From: Holophagaceae bacterium
GTDB taxonomy: Bacteria; Acidobacteriota; Holophagae; Holophagales; Holophagaceae
Assembly: GCA_044229555.1 (NCBI GenBank)
Contig: JBGASS010000002.1
Location: 1 to 24,284, forward strand
Reading direction: 5' to 3'
Length of the DNA: 24,284 nucleotides
Shown here in pieces: positions 1 to 7,683 of this stretch (position 1 is the stretch's first letter; each line of letters begins with the position of its first letter). The notes below the pieces were generated by a model. That model was not told the origin of the DNA and searched no databases. It worked only from the letters and a program-made list of their open reading frames with translations. The translations under genes were made by a program, and so were the position numbers.

Positions 1-2
1 CC

Positions 3-1052
3 ATCGCCGGCAACCTGCCCACGGCGCCGGCGCTCTGCGGCAACGTGGTGGTCTGGAAGCCCGCCAGCACCTCGCTCTACAGCGCCCACTTCATCATGAA
101 GCTCCTCAAGGAGGCCGGCCTGCCGGACGGCGTCATCAACATGGTGCAGGGCAGCGGCGGCGCCATCGGCGACCCGGTGCTGGCGGACAGCCACCTGGCG
201 GGCGTGCACTTCACGGGCTCCACCAGCGTCTTCAACGGCATGTGGAAGACCATCGGCGACCACATCGCGACGTACAAGGCCTACCCGCGCCTGGTGGGCG
301 AGACCGGCGGCAAGGACTTCATCGTGGCCCACCGCAGCGCCCACGTGGAGGCCCTGGCCACCGCCATCGTGCGCGGCGCCTTCGAGTACCAGGGCCAGAA
401 GTGCTCGGCGGCCTCCCGGGTCTACGTGCCCTCCAACCTCTGGCCGAAGCTGAAGGACCTCCTCGTCGCCCAGGTGGAGAGCATCAGGATGGGCGACGTG
501 TCGGACTTCACCAACTTCATGGGCGCCGTCATCGACAAGGGCTCCTTCGCGACCCAGAAGGCGGCCATCGAGGAGGCCAAGGCCTCCAACGACGCCGAGA
601 TCCTGGTGGGCGGCGATTGCGACGACAGCAAGGGCTATTTCGTGCGCCCCACGGTCATCGTCGCCAAGGACCCCAAGTTCCGCACCCTGTGCGACGAGCT
701 CTTCGGCCCCGTGCTCACCCTGCATGTGTATGACGAAACGAAGTGGAGCGAGACCCTCGACCTCGTGGACCACACCAGCCCCTACGCGCTGACCGGCGCC
801 GTGTTCGCCCAGGACCGCGCCGCCGTGCAGCAGGCCGTGGACAGGCTGCGCAACGCCGCCGGCAACTTCTACATCAACGACAAGCCCACCGGCGCCGTGG
901 TGGGCCAGCAGCCCTTCGGCGGGGCCCGGGCCTCCGGCACCAACGACAAGGCCGGCAGCCTCCTGAACCTGATCCGCTGGGTCAGCCCGCGGACGATGAA
1001 GGAGACGTTCAACCCGCCCACGGACTACCGCTATCCCTTCATGGCGGAGTGA
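3..1052 (+). CDS. pruA: L-glutamate gamma-semialdehyde (P5C) dehydrogenase, 5' end outside window
   Basis: Frame open from position 3 (IAGNLPTAPALCGNVVVWKPAS). ALDH motifs FTGST, GETGGK, AFEYQGQKCSAAS, ELFGP; P5CDH-specific QQPFGGARASGTNDKAG and C-terminal YRYPFM. Confidence 0.95.
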   Translation: MAGNLPTAPALCGNVVVWKPASTSLYSAHFIMKLLKEAGLPDGVINMVQGSGGAIGDPVLADSHLAGVHFTGSTSVFNGMWKTIGDHIATYKAYPRLVGETGGKDFIVAHRSAHVEALATAIVRGAFEYQGQKCSAASRVYVPSNLWPKLKDLLVAQVESIRMGDVSDFTNFMGAVIDKGSFATQKAAIEEAKASNDAEILVGGDCDDSKGYFVRPTVIVAKDPKFRTLCDELFGPVLTLHVYDETKWSETLDLVDHTSPYALTGAVFAQDRAAVQQAVDRLRNAAGNFYINDKPTGAVVGQQPFGGARASGTNDKAGSLLNLIRWVSPRTMKETFNPPTDYRYPFMAE

Positions 1053-1065
1053 CTTGGCTCGGATC

Positions 1066-1083
1066 GCGTGATATCCGTCACGC
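1066..1083. promoter_or_regulatory. Palindrome GCGTGA-N6-TCACGC, CRP/FNR-like operator candidate
   Basis: Perfect 6-bp inverted repeat with 6-nt spacer in the pruA-hmgA spacer; resembles TGTGA-N6-TCACA. Function inferred only. Confidence 0.35.
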
Positions 1084-1123
1084 TTGGGCCACGGCAGACT
1101 GGACGATTACCCCGAGGACGGCC

Positions 1124-2311
1124 ATGAAACTCACCAACGAGACGCCCCTCTTCCCTCTGCGCAAGGGGAGGCACGCGCGCCAGGCCCACGTGGACCTGCC
1201 GGAGGGCACCTTCGAGGAGGAGCACGCCCGGCAGGGCTTCTTCGGCAAGACCACCCACCTCTACCGGCTCCATCCCCCCACGGACTGGACCCGCATCGAG
1301 GGCCCGCTGAGGCCCCACAGCTACGACTTGAACCACCTCTTCCCGGTGGATCCCGCCGCCGAAGGGGACGCCTCGACCCAGCAGGCCCGGGCCAAGGCTT
1401 TGGGGGACTCCATGTTCGGCAGCGTGGAGGCGGCCTTCGCGCCGGTCTGCTTCCTCCACAACCAGGACGTGGCGATGCACTTCGTCGCGCCCTCGGTCAT
1501 GGACTTCTTCTACCGCAACACGGACGGCGACGACGTCTACTTCATCCACGCCGGCGGCGGCCGCCTCGAGACCGACTTCGGCGTGCTCGACTACGTCCGC
1601 GGCGACTACCTCGTGCTGCCCCGGGGCACCACCTACCGCTTCCTGCCCAATGATTCGGTGCAGCGCTATCTGCTCATCGAGAGCGCCGGCGAAATCACCG
1701 TGCCGGACCGGGGGATGCTCGGTCCCAACGCCCTCTTCGATCCCGCCATGATCGACACCCCGGAACTGGCGGACTACGAGGCCGGCGAAAGCCGCGAGTG
1801 GGCCGTGCACATCAAGCGCGAGAACCAGATCACCAAGGTCTACTACCCCTTCAACCCCCTGGACGTGGTGGGCTGGAAGGGCGACCTCACCGTGTGGCGC
1901 ATCAACGTGAAGGACATCCGCCCCGTGATGTCCCACCGCTACCACCTGCCGCCCTCGGTGCACACCACCTTCCTGGCCCGGAACTTCGTCATCTGCTCCT
2001 TCCTGCCCCGGCCCTTCGAGGAGGAGGAGGGCGCCATGCGCGTGCCCTTCTACCACCGCAACATCGACTACGACGAGGTGCTCTTCTACTCCGACGGCCA
2101 CTTCTTCTCGAGGGACGGCATCGGCGCGGGCATGGTCACCTGGCATCCCACGGGCATCCACCACGGACCCCACCCCAAGGCGATCCCCCTCAGCCGCACC
2201 AAGGACCGCACCGACGAGGTCGCGGTGATGGTGGACACGGTCAACTACCTCCAGGCCACGCCGGCGGCGGGCCTGGTGGAGAACCTGAACTACTGGGCTT
2301 CATGGAAGTAG
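1124..2311 (+). CDS. hmgA: Homogentisate 1,2-dioxygenase
   Basis: ATG 1124 after GAGGAC, within ORF 743..2311. Motifs EEEHARQGFFG, RNTDGDDVYFIH, FYHRNIDYDEVLFY and WHPTGIHHGPHP (Fe ligands His/Glu/His). Confidence 0.9.
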   Translation: MKLTNETPLFPLRKGRHARQAHVDLPEGTFEEEHARQGFFGKTTHLYRLHPPTDWTRIEGPLRPHSYDLNHLFPVDPAAEGDASTQQARAKALGDSMFGSVEAAFAPVCFLHNQDVAMHFVAPSVMDFFYRNTDGDDVYFIHAGGGRLETDFGVLDYVRGDYLVLPRGTTYRFLPNDSVQRYLLIESAGEITVPDRGMLGPNALFDPAMIDTPELADYEAGESREWAVHIKRENQITKVYYPFNPLDVVGWKGDLTVWRINVKDIRPVMSHRYHLPPSVHTTFLARNFVICSFLPRPFEEEEGAMRVPFYHRNIDYDEVLFYSDGHFFSRDGIGAGMVTWHPTGIHHGPHPKAIPLSRTKDRTDEVAVMVDTVNYLQATPAAGLVENLNYWASWK

Positions 2312-2313
2312 GG

Positions 2314-3210
2314 ATGGGACTCGCCACCATCGAACCCCTGGCCCGATACATCGCCTGGTTCGAGCGGACGGGCTGGATCAAGCTCCAGCACCTGGCCCTG
2401 GTGCTGCTGGCCTGCGTCCTCTTCCTCTACGCCATCCGCATCGTGGCCAAGGCCGTGCGCCGTGCCGTGGACGACGGCAACGACGGGGTCACCACGGAGG
2501 CCGAGCGCCGGGCGGACACCCTCGGCTCCGTCCTGCGCAACGCGGCGCGGGTGGTCGCGGCGGTCTTCTTCCTGCTGATGACCCTCCAGGAGTTCGGCAT
2601 CAACATCGGACCCCTGGTGGCGGGCGCCGGCATCGCCGGCGTGGCCCTCGGCTTCGGCGCCCAGTCCCTGGTGAAGGACGTCATCTCGGGCTTCTTCCTC
2701 CTCATGGAGAACCAGTTCGCCGTGGGGGACCTGGTCTCCATCGACGACGGCAAGCACCTGGGCCACGTGGAGCGCATGACGCTCCGCATCACCCAGCTGC
2801 GGGACGGCGAAGGCCGCGCCCACTTCCTCCCCAACGGGGCCATCACCAAGGTCATCGTGCTGAGCAAGGACTACTCGAAGGCCCTGGTGGACGTGGAAGT
2901 GGGCTACGACGCGGACCTGGACCGGGTCATGGGCCTGCTGAAGGAGATCGGCGAGGGCATGCGGAAGGACCTGCCGGACCTGGTGCTGGAGCCCACGGAC
3001 GTGAAGGGCGTGGAAAGCTTCGGCAAGGACGGCTGCATGCTGCGCACCTACACCAAGACCGCGCCCGGCCGCCAGTACGAGGCCGCGCGGGAATACCGCA
3101 AGCGCATCATCCAGCGCTTCCGGCTGGAGGGCATCGCCAGCCCCATCCCGCAGCGCATCGTGCACACGAAGGGACCAGGGGAAGTCGGCGGGGAAGCCGG
3201 CGCGGACTGA
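2314..3210 (+). CDS. Small-conductance mechanosensitive channel (MscS family)
   Basis: ATG 2 nt after hmgA stop. Three hydrophobic segments plus the signature AGIAGVALGFGAQSLVKDVISGFFLLMENQFAVGD, GHVERMTLRITQLR, PNGAI. Confidence 0.9.
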   Translation: MGLATIEPLARYIAWFERTGWIKLQHLALVLLACVLFLYAIRIVAKAVRRAVDDGNDGVTTEAERRADTLGSVLRNAARVVAAVFFLLMTLQEFGINIGPLVAGAGIAGVALGFGAQSLVKDVISGFFLLMENQFAVGDLVSIDDGKHLGHVERMTLRITQLRDGEGRAHFLPNGAITKVIVLSKDYSKALVDVEVGYDADLDRVMGLLKEIGEGMRKDLPDLVLEPTDVKGVESFGKDGCMLRTYTKTAPGRQYEAAREYRKRIIQRFRLEGIASPIPQRIVHTKGPGEVGGEAGAD

Positions 3211-3233
3211 CCGCGGGACGGGCAGGTCCGCAC

Positions 3234-4316
3234 CTACGCCTCGTCCTCCACGCGCCCCTCCTTCGCCAGGCGGTAGGCGCGGATCGCCGCGGCGCGGGCG
3301 AACCGTTCGTCAAAGTCGCGCCGCCGGGCCGCATCCTCGCCGGCGAAGGCCTTTCGCGCGGCCGCGAGGTCGAGGGCCTTCAGGGCTTCGGCCTGGTCGA
3401 GGCCGCGGCGGACGGCCGCCTTCATCTGCGCGTGAATGGCCTGCAGGGCCTCGCGCTCCAGCCGCAGGTAGGCGAGGTCCCGCTGCACCGGCCCGTGCCC
3501 CGGAACCAGGATCCGCGGGCCCATCGCTTCGAGTTTTCCCAGCCCAGCGGCCCATTCGCCCGGGAACGACCCGAAGCCGTGGGGCACGGGGTGCACCACC
3601 AGGTCGCCGGTGGCGAGAACCTTCGCGTCCGGGACGAAGACCACGCTGTCCCCGGCGGTGGCGCCGCGGCCCAGGTGCAGGACCTCCACGCGGCGGTCGC
3701 CGAGGTCGAGGACGACGCGCTGCTCGAAGGCCAGGGTGGGCGGCGTCAGGCGGAACGCCTCCAGCTCCGGCTTTGCGGCCCGGAAGTCCTCCATCAGCGC
3801 GGTGAAGCGCGCCCGGAGGTCCGGCGCGAGGCCGGGGTCGGCCAGGGCGGCCTCCACCTCCTTCGAGGCGGGTCCGAAGTAGGCCATGCCGAAGTAGCGG
3901 GGCGCCATGGCGCGCATCATGGCCTGGGTGGAGGGCGTGCCGAGGATGACGAGGCCCGGGAAGGCCTCCTGGTAGGCGGCATGGCCGTAGTGGTGGTCGC
4001 CGTGCCAGTGGGTGGTGACGAGGAAGCGCACGGGCTGGGAGGTCCGCGCCCGGATCGCGGCGATCATGGCCCGGGCCTGGGAGGGGAACTGCCCGGAGTC
4101 CACCACGGCCACGCCGGTGCTCCCCAGGATCGCCAGGCAGTTGCCACTCAGGATGTCCTGGCTCCGACCTTCGCTGATGAAGGCGAGGACGCCCGGAGCG
4201 ACCTCCTCCATGCGGAACGGGAAGCGGGCAGCCAGGGCCGGCGGCGCCGCGGGTGGGGCGGCCTGGCCCGCCTGTGCGGGGGAGAACAGGAGCGGCAGGA
4301 GGAGGGAGGGGAGCAT
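3234..4316 (-). CDS. Secreted MBL-fold metallo-hydrolase
   Basis: Signal-peptide-like N-terminus; HWHGDH, GDLV and PGHG motifs. Confidence 0.85.
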   Translation of the reverse strand: MLPSLLLPLLFSPAQAGQAAPPAAPPALAARFPFRMEEVAPGVLAFISEGRSQDILSGNCLAILGSTGVAVVDSGQFPSQARAMIAAIRARTSQPVRFLVTTHWHGDHHYGHAAYQEAFPGLVILGTPSTQAMMRAMAPRYFGMAYFGPASKEVEAALADPGLAPDLRARFTALMEDFRAAKPELEAFRLTPPTLAFEQRVVLDLGDRRVEVLHLGRGATAGDSVVFVPDAKVLATGDLVVHPVPHGFGSFPGEWAAGLGKLEAMGPRILVPGHGPVQRDLAYLRLEREALQAIHAQMKAAVRRGLDQAEALKALDLAAARKAFAGEDAARRRDFDERFARAAAIRAYRLAKEGRVEDEA

Positions 4317-4335
4317 CGCGGGATCCCGGGACGGC

Positions 4336-5193
4336 TCAGCGGCGCAGCCGCAGCCCCGCCAGCCGCCAGGCCTCCGCCAGGTCCTCCCGCCGCAGGGCCA
4401 GGTGCAGGGCCTCCTCGAGGCCTTCCGCGCTGGTGGGATCGCCGGGGCGGGGCTCCATGGCTTCCAGGTCCGGCAGCGCCGCGGTATTCGCCAGCCGGCC
4501 CAGGTCGTTGGCGCTGAGGATGTGGCTGGCCTTCAGGACCTCGGGCAGGGCCTCCCAGCCGATGGGCTGGCCCGCGGGCTTGGCCACTTCGAAGAGGGCG
4601 TCGCCGAAGGCGCGGGTGTAGAAGGCGCCGCCGTTGCGGCCCACGTGGTCGAGCTTCGCGGGGTCCGGCAGGTCGCCCTTGAGCAGGTCCTCGTGGACGT
4701 GGAAGCAGAGCACCTCGCCGATGACCATGAGGCCGCTGCCGGGGCCGGTGCCCAGCTCGAGGATCTCCTTCAGCCGGCATTCCATCTGCACCGGCGACTC
4801 CGCCACGAGCGCCGCCTTCACGAAGCGGGCGGGCAGGGGCGTGAAGCCGCTCTTCAGGAACTCGTCCACGCCATCGCCATACTCCGCGGAGGCCACGTTC
4901 ATCTGCTGCACCATGGCGTGGCTCACGGTGGCCACGACGAATTCCTTCACCGCGGCGATGTTGAGGTAGGTGTGCTTCACCGTCCCGTCACGGCCCCTGC
5001 GGTTGGGGGCGAAGGCGAGCATGGGCGGGTTCGAGCCGAAAGCGTTGAAGAAGGAGAAGGGGGCGAGGTTGCGGAGGCCCGCCTCGTTCACGGTGGAGGC
5101 GAAGGCGATGGGCCGCGGGGCCACCGAGGCGCAGAGCCAGGCGTTGGCCTGGACGGGATTCAGGTCGGCGGCGAGGACGGTGCGGAGGGGCAT
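4336..5193 (-). CDS. Flavin reductase-like (DIM6/NTAB) protein with C-terminal extension
   Basis: VAPRPIAFAST, NLAPFSFFN, KHTYLNI, ESPVQMEC and GRNGGAFY motifs, followed by an ~80-aa tail (ILSANDLGRLAN). Confidence 0.85.
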   Translation of the reverse strand: MPLRTVLAADLNPVQANAWLCASVAPRPIAFASTVNEAGLRNLAPFSFFNAFGSNPPMLAFAPNRRGRDGTVKHTYLNIAAVKEFVVATVSHAMVQQMNVASAEYGDGVDEFLKSGFTPLPARFVKAALVAESPVQMECRLKEILELGTGPGSGLMVIGEVLCFHVHEDLLKGDLPDPAKLDHVGRNGGAFYTRAFGDALFEVAKPAGQPIGWEALPEVLKASHILSANDLGRLANTAALPDLEAMEPRPGDPTSAEGLEEALHLALRREDLAEAWRLAGLRLRR

Positions 5194-5199
5194 GGAGAG

Positions 5200-5205
5200 A
5201 GTTTA
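5200..5205 (-). promoter_or_regulatory. -10 element TAAACT, leaderless promoter candidate
   Basis: Minus strand reads TAAACT-CTCTCC-ATG(5193): TANNNT 6 nt before the start, with no Shine-Dalgarno. Confidence 0.5.
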
Positions 5206-5263
5206 GACGGGCGGCGGTCGGATGGAGACGGCGGGGTCCGGGGGCGTCGATGCCGGGTGCGCC

Positions 5264-6541
5264 CTACCGCTCCCGCACCACCTGCCCGCCCTTCATCACC
5301 CAGGTGATCCGTTGCAGGGCCGTGATGTCCTGCAGGGGATCCTCCTTCACCGCCACGATGTCGGCGTAGCGGCCGGCCTCGATGGAGACCAGGTTCTTGC
5401 CCTCCCGGAGCAGGTCCGCGGCCACGGTGGTGGCCGCCTGGATGGCCTGCATGGGGGTCATGCCGTGCTTCACGAGGAGCGCCAGCTCCTTGGCGGGGTT
5501 CTCGGTCCAGGCGAAGCCGCCCGCGTCGCTGCCGTTGGCGATCTTCACGCCCTTCTGCACGGCGCGGCGCACCGCCCGCCCGGCGATCTCGGGGATCTTC
5601 AGCCACACGCCGCCGCGGCCGCCGGCCACCCATTCGCCGACGTAGAGCGTCGGGCACCACCAGGCGCCCTGGGCGATGGCGCGATCCATCAGCGGCTCGG
5701 TGAAGCCCGCGCCGTGCTCGATGGTGTCGAAGCCCGCCGACAGCGCCGCGTCGATGCCGTCGAAGCCCATGGCGTGGGCCGCTGTCGTCTTGCCGAGGCG
5801 GTGGGCCTCGTCCACGAAGGCGCGCAGTTCCTCGGGGCTGAAGTTGACCATGGAGCGCAGGCGGCCGTCCTCCGCCACCCAGTAGCGGCGGTCCACGTAG
5901 ACCTTGATCCAGTCCGCGCCGAACTTGACCTGCTCCCGCACGCCCTTGCGGATCTCCGCGACGCCGTCCACGATCTGCACGCCCTCGGGCACCTTCAGCT
6001 CCCAGCTGTAGCCCGAGAGCGGGTACATGCCCGTGGCGCTGAAGGCCCGGGTGGCCACGAACATCCGGGGACCCGCCACGATGCCGTTCGCGATGGCCCG
6101 CTTGAGGTCCACGTCGGCGTACATGGCGCCTTCGGTCTCCAGGTCGCGGATGGCGGTGAAGCCCCACCACAGCGCGTTCCGGGCCGCCACGGAGGCCCGC
6201 AGGATCCGGTAGGGGACGCTCTCCTTCAGGAGCTGCTCGTCGTACTCCGCCGCCGTGATGTCGCCCTGGAGGAGCACGTGGGTGTGGGCGTCGATGAGCC
6301 CGGGCAGCACGGTCATCCCCGAGAGGTCGATGGAGGGCGTGTCCTTGGGAGCCTGCTGCTGGGCCCAGGCCCAGGAGCCCACGGCCTCCACGCGGTCCCC
6401 CTTGATGAGGATCCCCTGGTCCTCCAGCACCCGGTTGAAGTGCACGTCCACCAGGCGCCCCGCGTGGATGAGCCGGAGGGCCTGGGCGCTGGCCTGGCCG
6501 GCGAACAGGCTGCAGACCAGGAGGACGGGAAGGAGGCGCAT
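5264..6541 (-). CDS. Secreted metal-dependent amidohydrolase (Xaa-Pro dipeptidase-like)
   Basis: ATG 6541 after GGAG; signal peptide MRLLPVLLVCSLFAGQASAQ; complete metal ligand set DAHTH, IKVY, AHAMG, IEHG, GSDAGG. Confidence 0.9.
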   Translation of the reverse strand: MRLLPVLLVCSLFAGQASAQALRLIHAGRLVDVHFNRVLEDQGILIKGDRVEAVGSWAWAQQQAPKDTPSIDLSGMTVLPGLIDAHTHVLLQGDITAAEYDEQLLKESVPYRILRASVAARNALWWGFTAIRDLETEGAMYADVDLKRAIANGIVAGPRMFVATRAFSATGMYPLSGYSWELKVPEGVQIVDGVAEIRKGVREQVKFGADWIKVYVDRRYWVAEDGRLRSMVNFSPEELRAFVDEAHRLGKTTAAHAMGFDGIDAALSAGFDTIEHGAGFTEPLMDRAIAQGAWWCPTLYVGEWVAGGRGGVWLKIPEIAGRAVRRAVQKGVKIANGSDAGGFAWTENPAKELALLVKHGMTPMQAIQAATTVAADLLREGKNLVSIEAGRYADIVAVKEDPLQDITALQRITWVMKGGQVVRER

Positions 6542-6594
6542 GGAGGCTCCATGGGTGGGAGTCGCGGGAGCGGCCGCGGCTCGGCGGGTGGTGA

Positions 6595-7600
6595 TCAATC
6601 CCCCGCCGGACCGCCGGGGGTGCCGGCGTAGAGGTCCGGGAGCGTGCCGCCCACCAGCGTGGCGGGCATGTCCGCGAGGCGCTCGGGGGCGTGCACCACC
6701 GTGTTCACCAGGCGTCCCAGGCCCTCGATCTCCATCACCACCTCGTCCCCGGCCTTCAGCCAGAGGTTGTCGGTGATCTTCGAGCCGTTCAGCTCCAGCA
6801 GGCAGCCCGTGCCCACGGTGCCGCTGCCGATGACCTCGCCGGCCTGCATCCGGATGCCGTAGCTGGTGCGCTGGAGGATCTGGGCGAAGGTCCAGTTCAT
6901 GGAATCCACGTTGCCGTCCGACAGACGACGCCCGTTCACGTCGCAGGTCATGCGGGCGTGGAGAAGCTCGCCCCTGGGCGACCTTTCCAGGGGCAGCTCG
7001 TCCTTCGTCACCAGCCAGGGGCCCAGGGAGGTCGCGAAGTCCTTGCCCTTGCAGGGGCCCAGGGAAAGCTTCATCTCTTCCATCTGGAGCATCCGGGCGC
7101 TCCAGTCGTTCATCACCATGTAGCCGAAGATGGCGTCATCGGCCTCCTCCAGGGTGGCGTTGTGGAGGGGCCGGCCAGTGACGACGGCCACCTCCAGCTC
7201 GAAGTCCAGGCGCACGAGGTGGTGGTCCTGCACCATCACCTCGCCGGGGCCGGTGACCGCCAGGTGGTTCGTGAAGTAGGTGACCGGGAAGAGGTCGAAC
7301 TCCTCGATCATGTCCAGGCCCCGGTTGCGCCGGGCGGTCGCGACGTGCTGGCGGAAGGCATAGCCGTCCCGCATGGAGACGGGGCGGGGCACGGGGGCCA
7401 GGAGGGTGGCGGCGGCCGGCTCGAGGACCGCCTGCGCCTGCGGCGCCGCCGCGGCGGCCCGGGCGAGGGGCAGCAGCTCGTCCTGCCGGCGGATGAGGGT
7501 GAGCATGTCCATCAGCTCCTGGGCCGCGAGTCCAGAGCCGGCCGCCGTCCAGCACCGCGCCGATCCTCTCGGAATCCCCATGGAGGCCGAGCACTAGTCG
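6595..7600 (-). CDS. Fumarylacetoacetate hydrolase family protein; 5' end frameshifted and uncertain
   Basis: RDGYAFRQH, LDFELE, MNDWSAR, KGKDFATSLGPWLVT, GSGTVGTGC. An N-terminal-like segment (RLVLGLHGDSERIGAVLDGGRL) lies in another frame at about 7540-7600. Confidence 0.85.
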
Positions 7601-7604
7601 GCTA

Positions 7605-7624
7605 GGGAGCGGCCGAAGCCTCCC
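7605..7624 (-). promoter_or_regulatory. Hairpin with C(UUCG)G loop containing GGGAGG upstream of the FAH gene
   Basis: Minus strand GGGA-GGC-TTCG-GCC-GC-TCCC. A TATGCT -10-like hexamer lies upstream at 7686-7691. The region is error-prone. Confidence 0.3.
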
Positions 7625-7683
7625 GGCCGGTCCGGCCTCCCTGGTGGAGAAGTCGTCACCAGCTTCGCGCCGATCTTTCGCCT

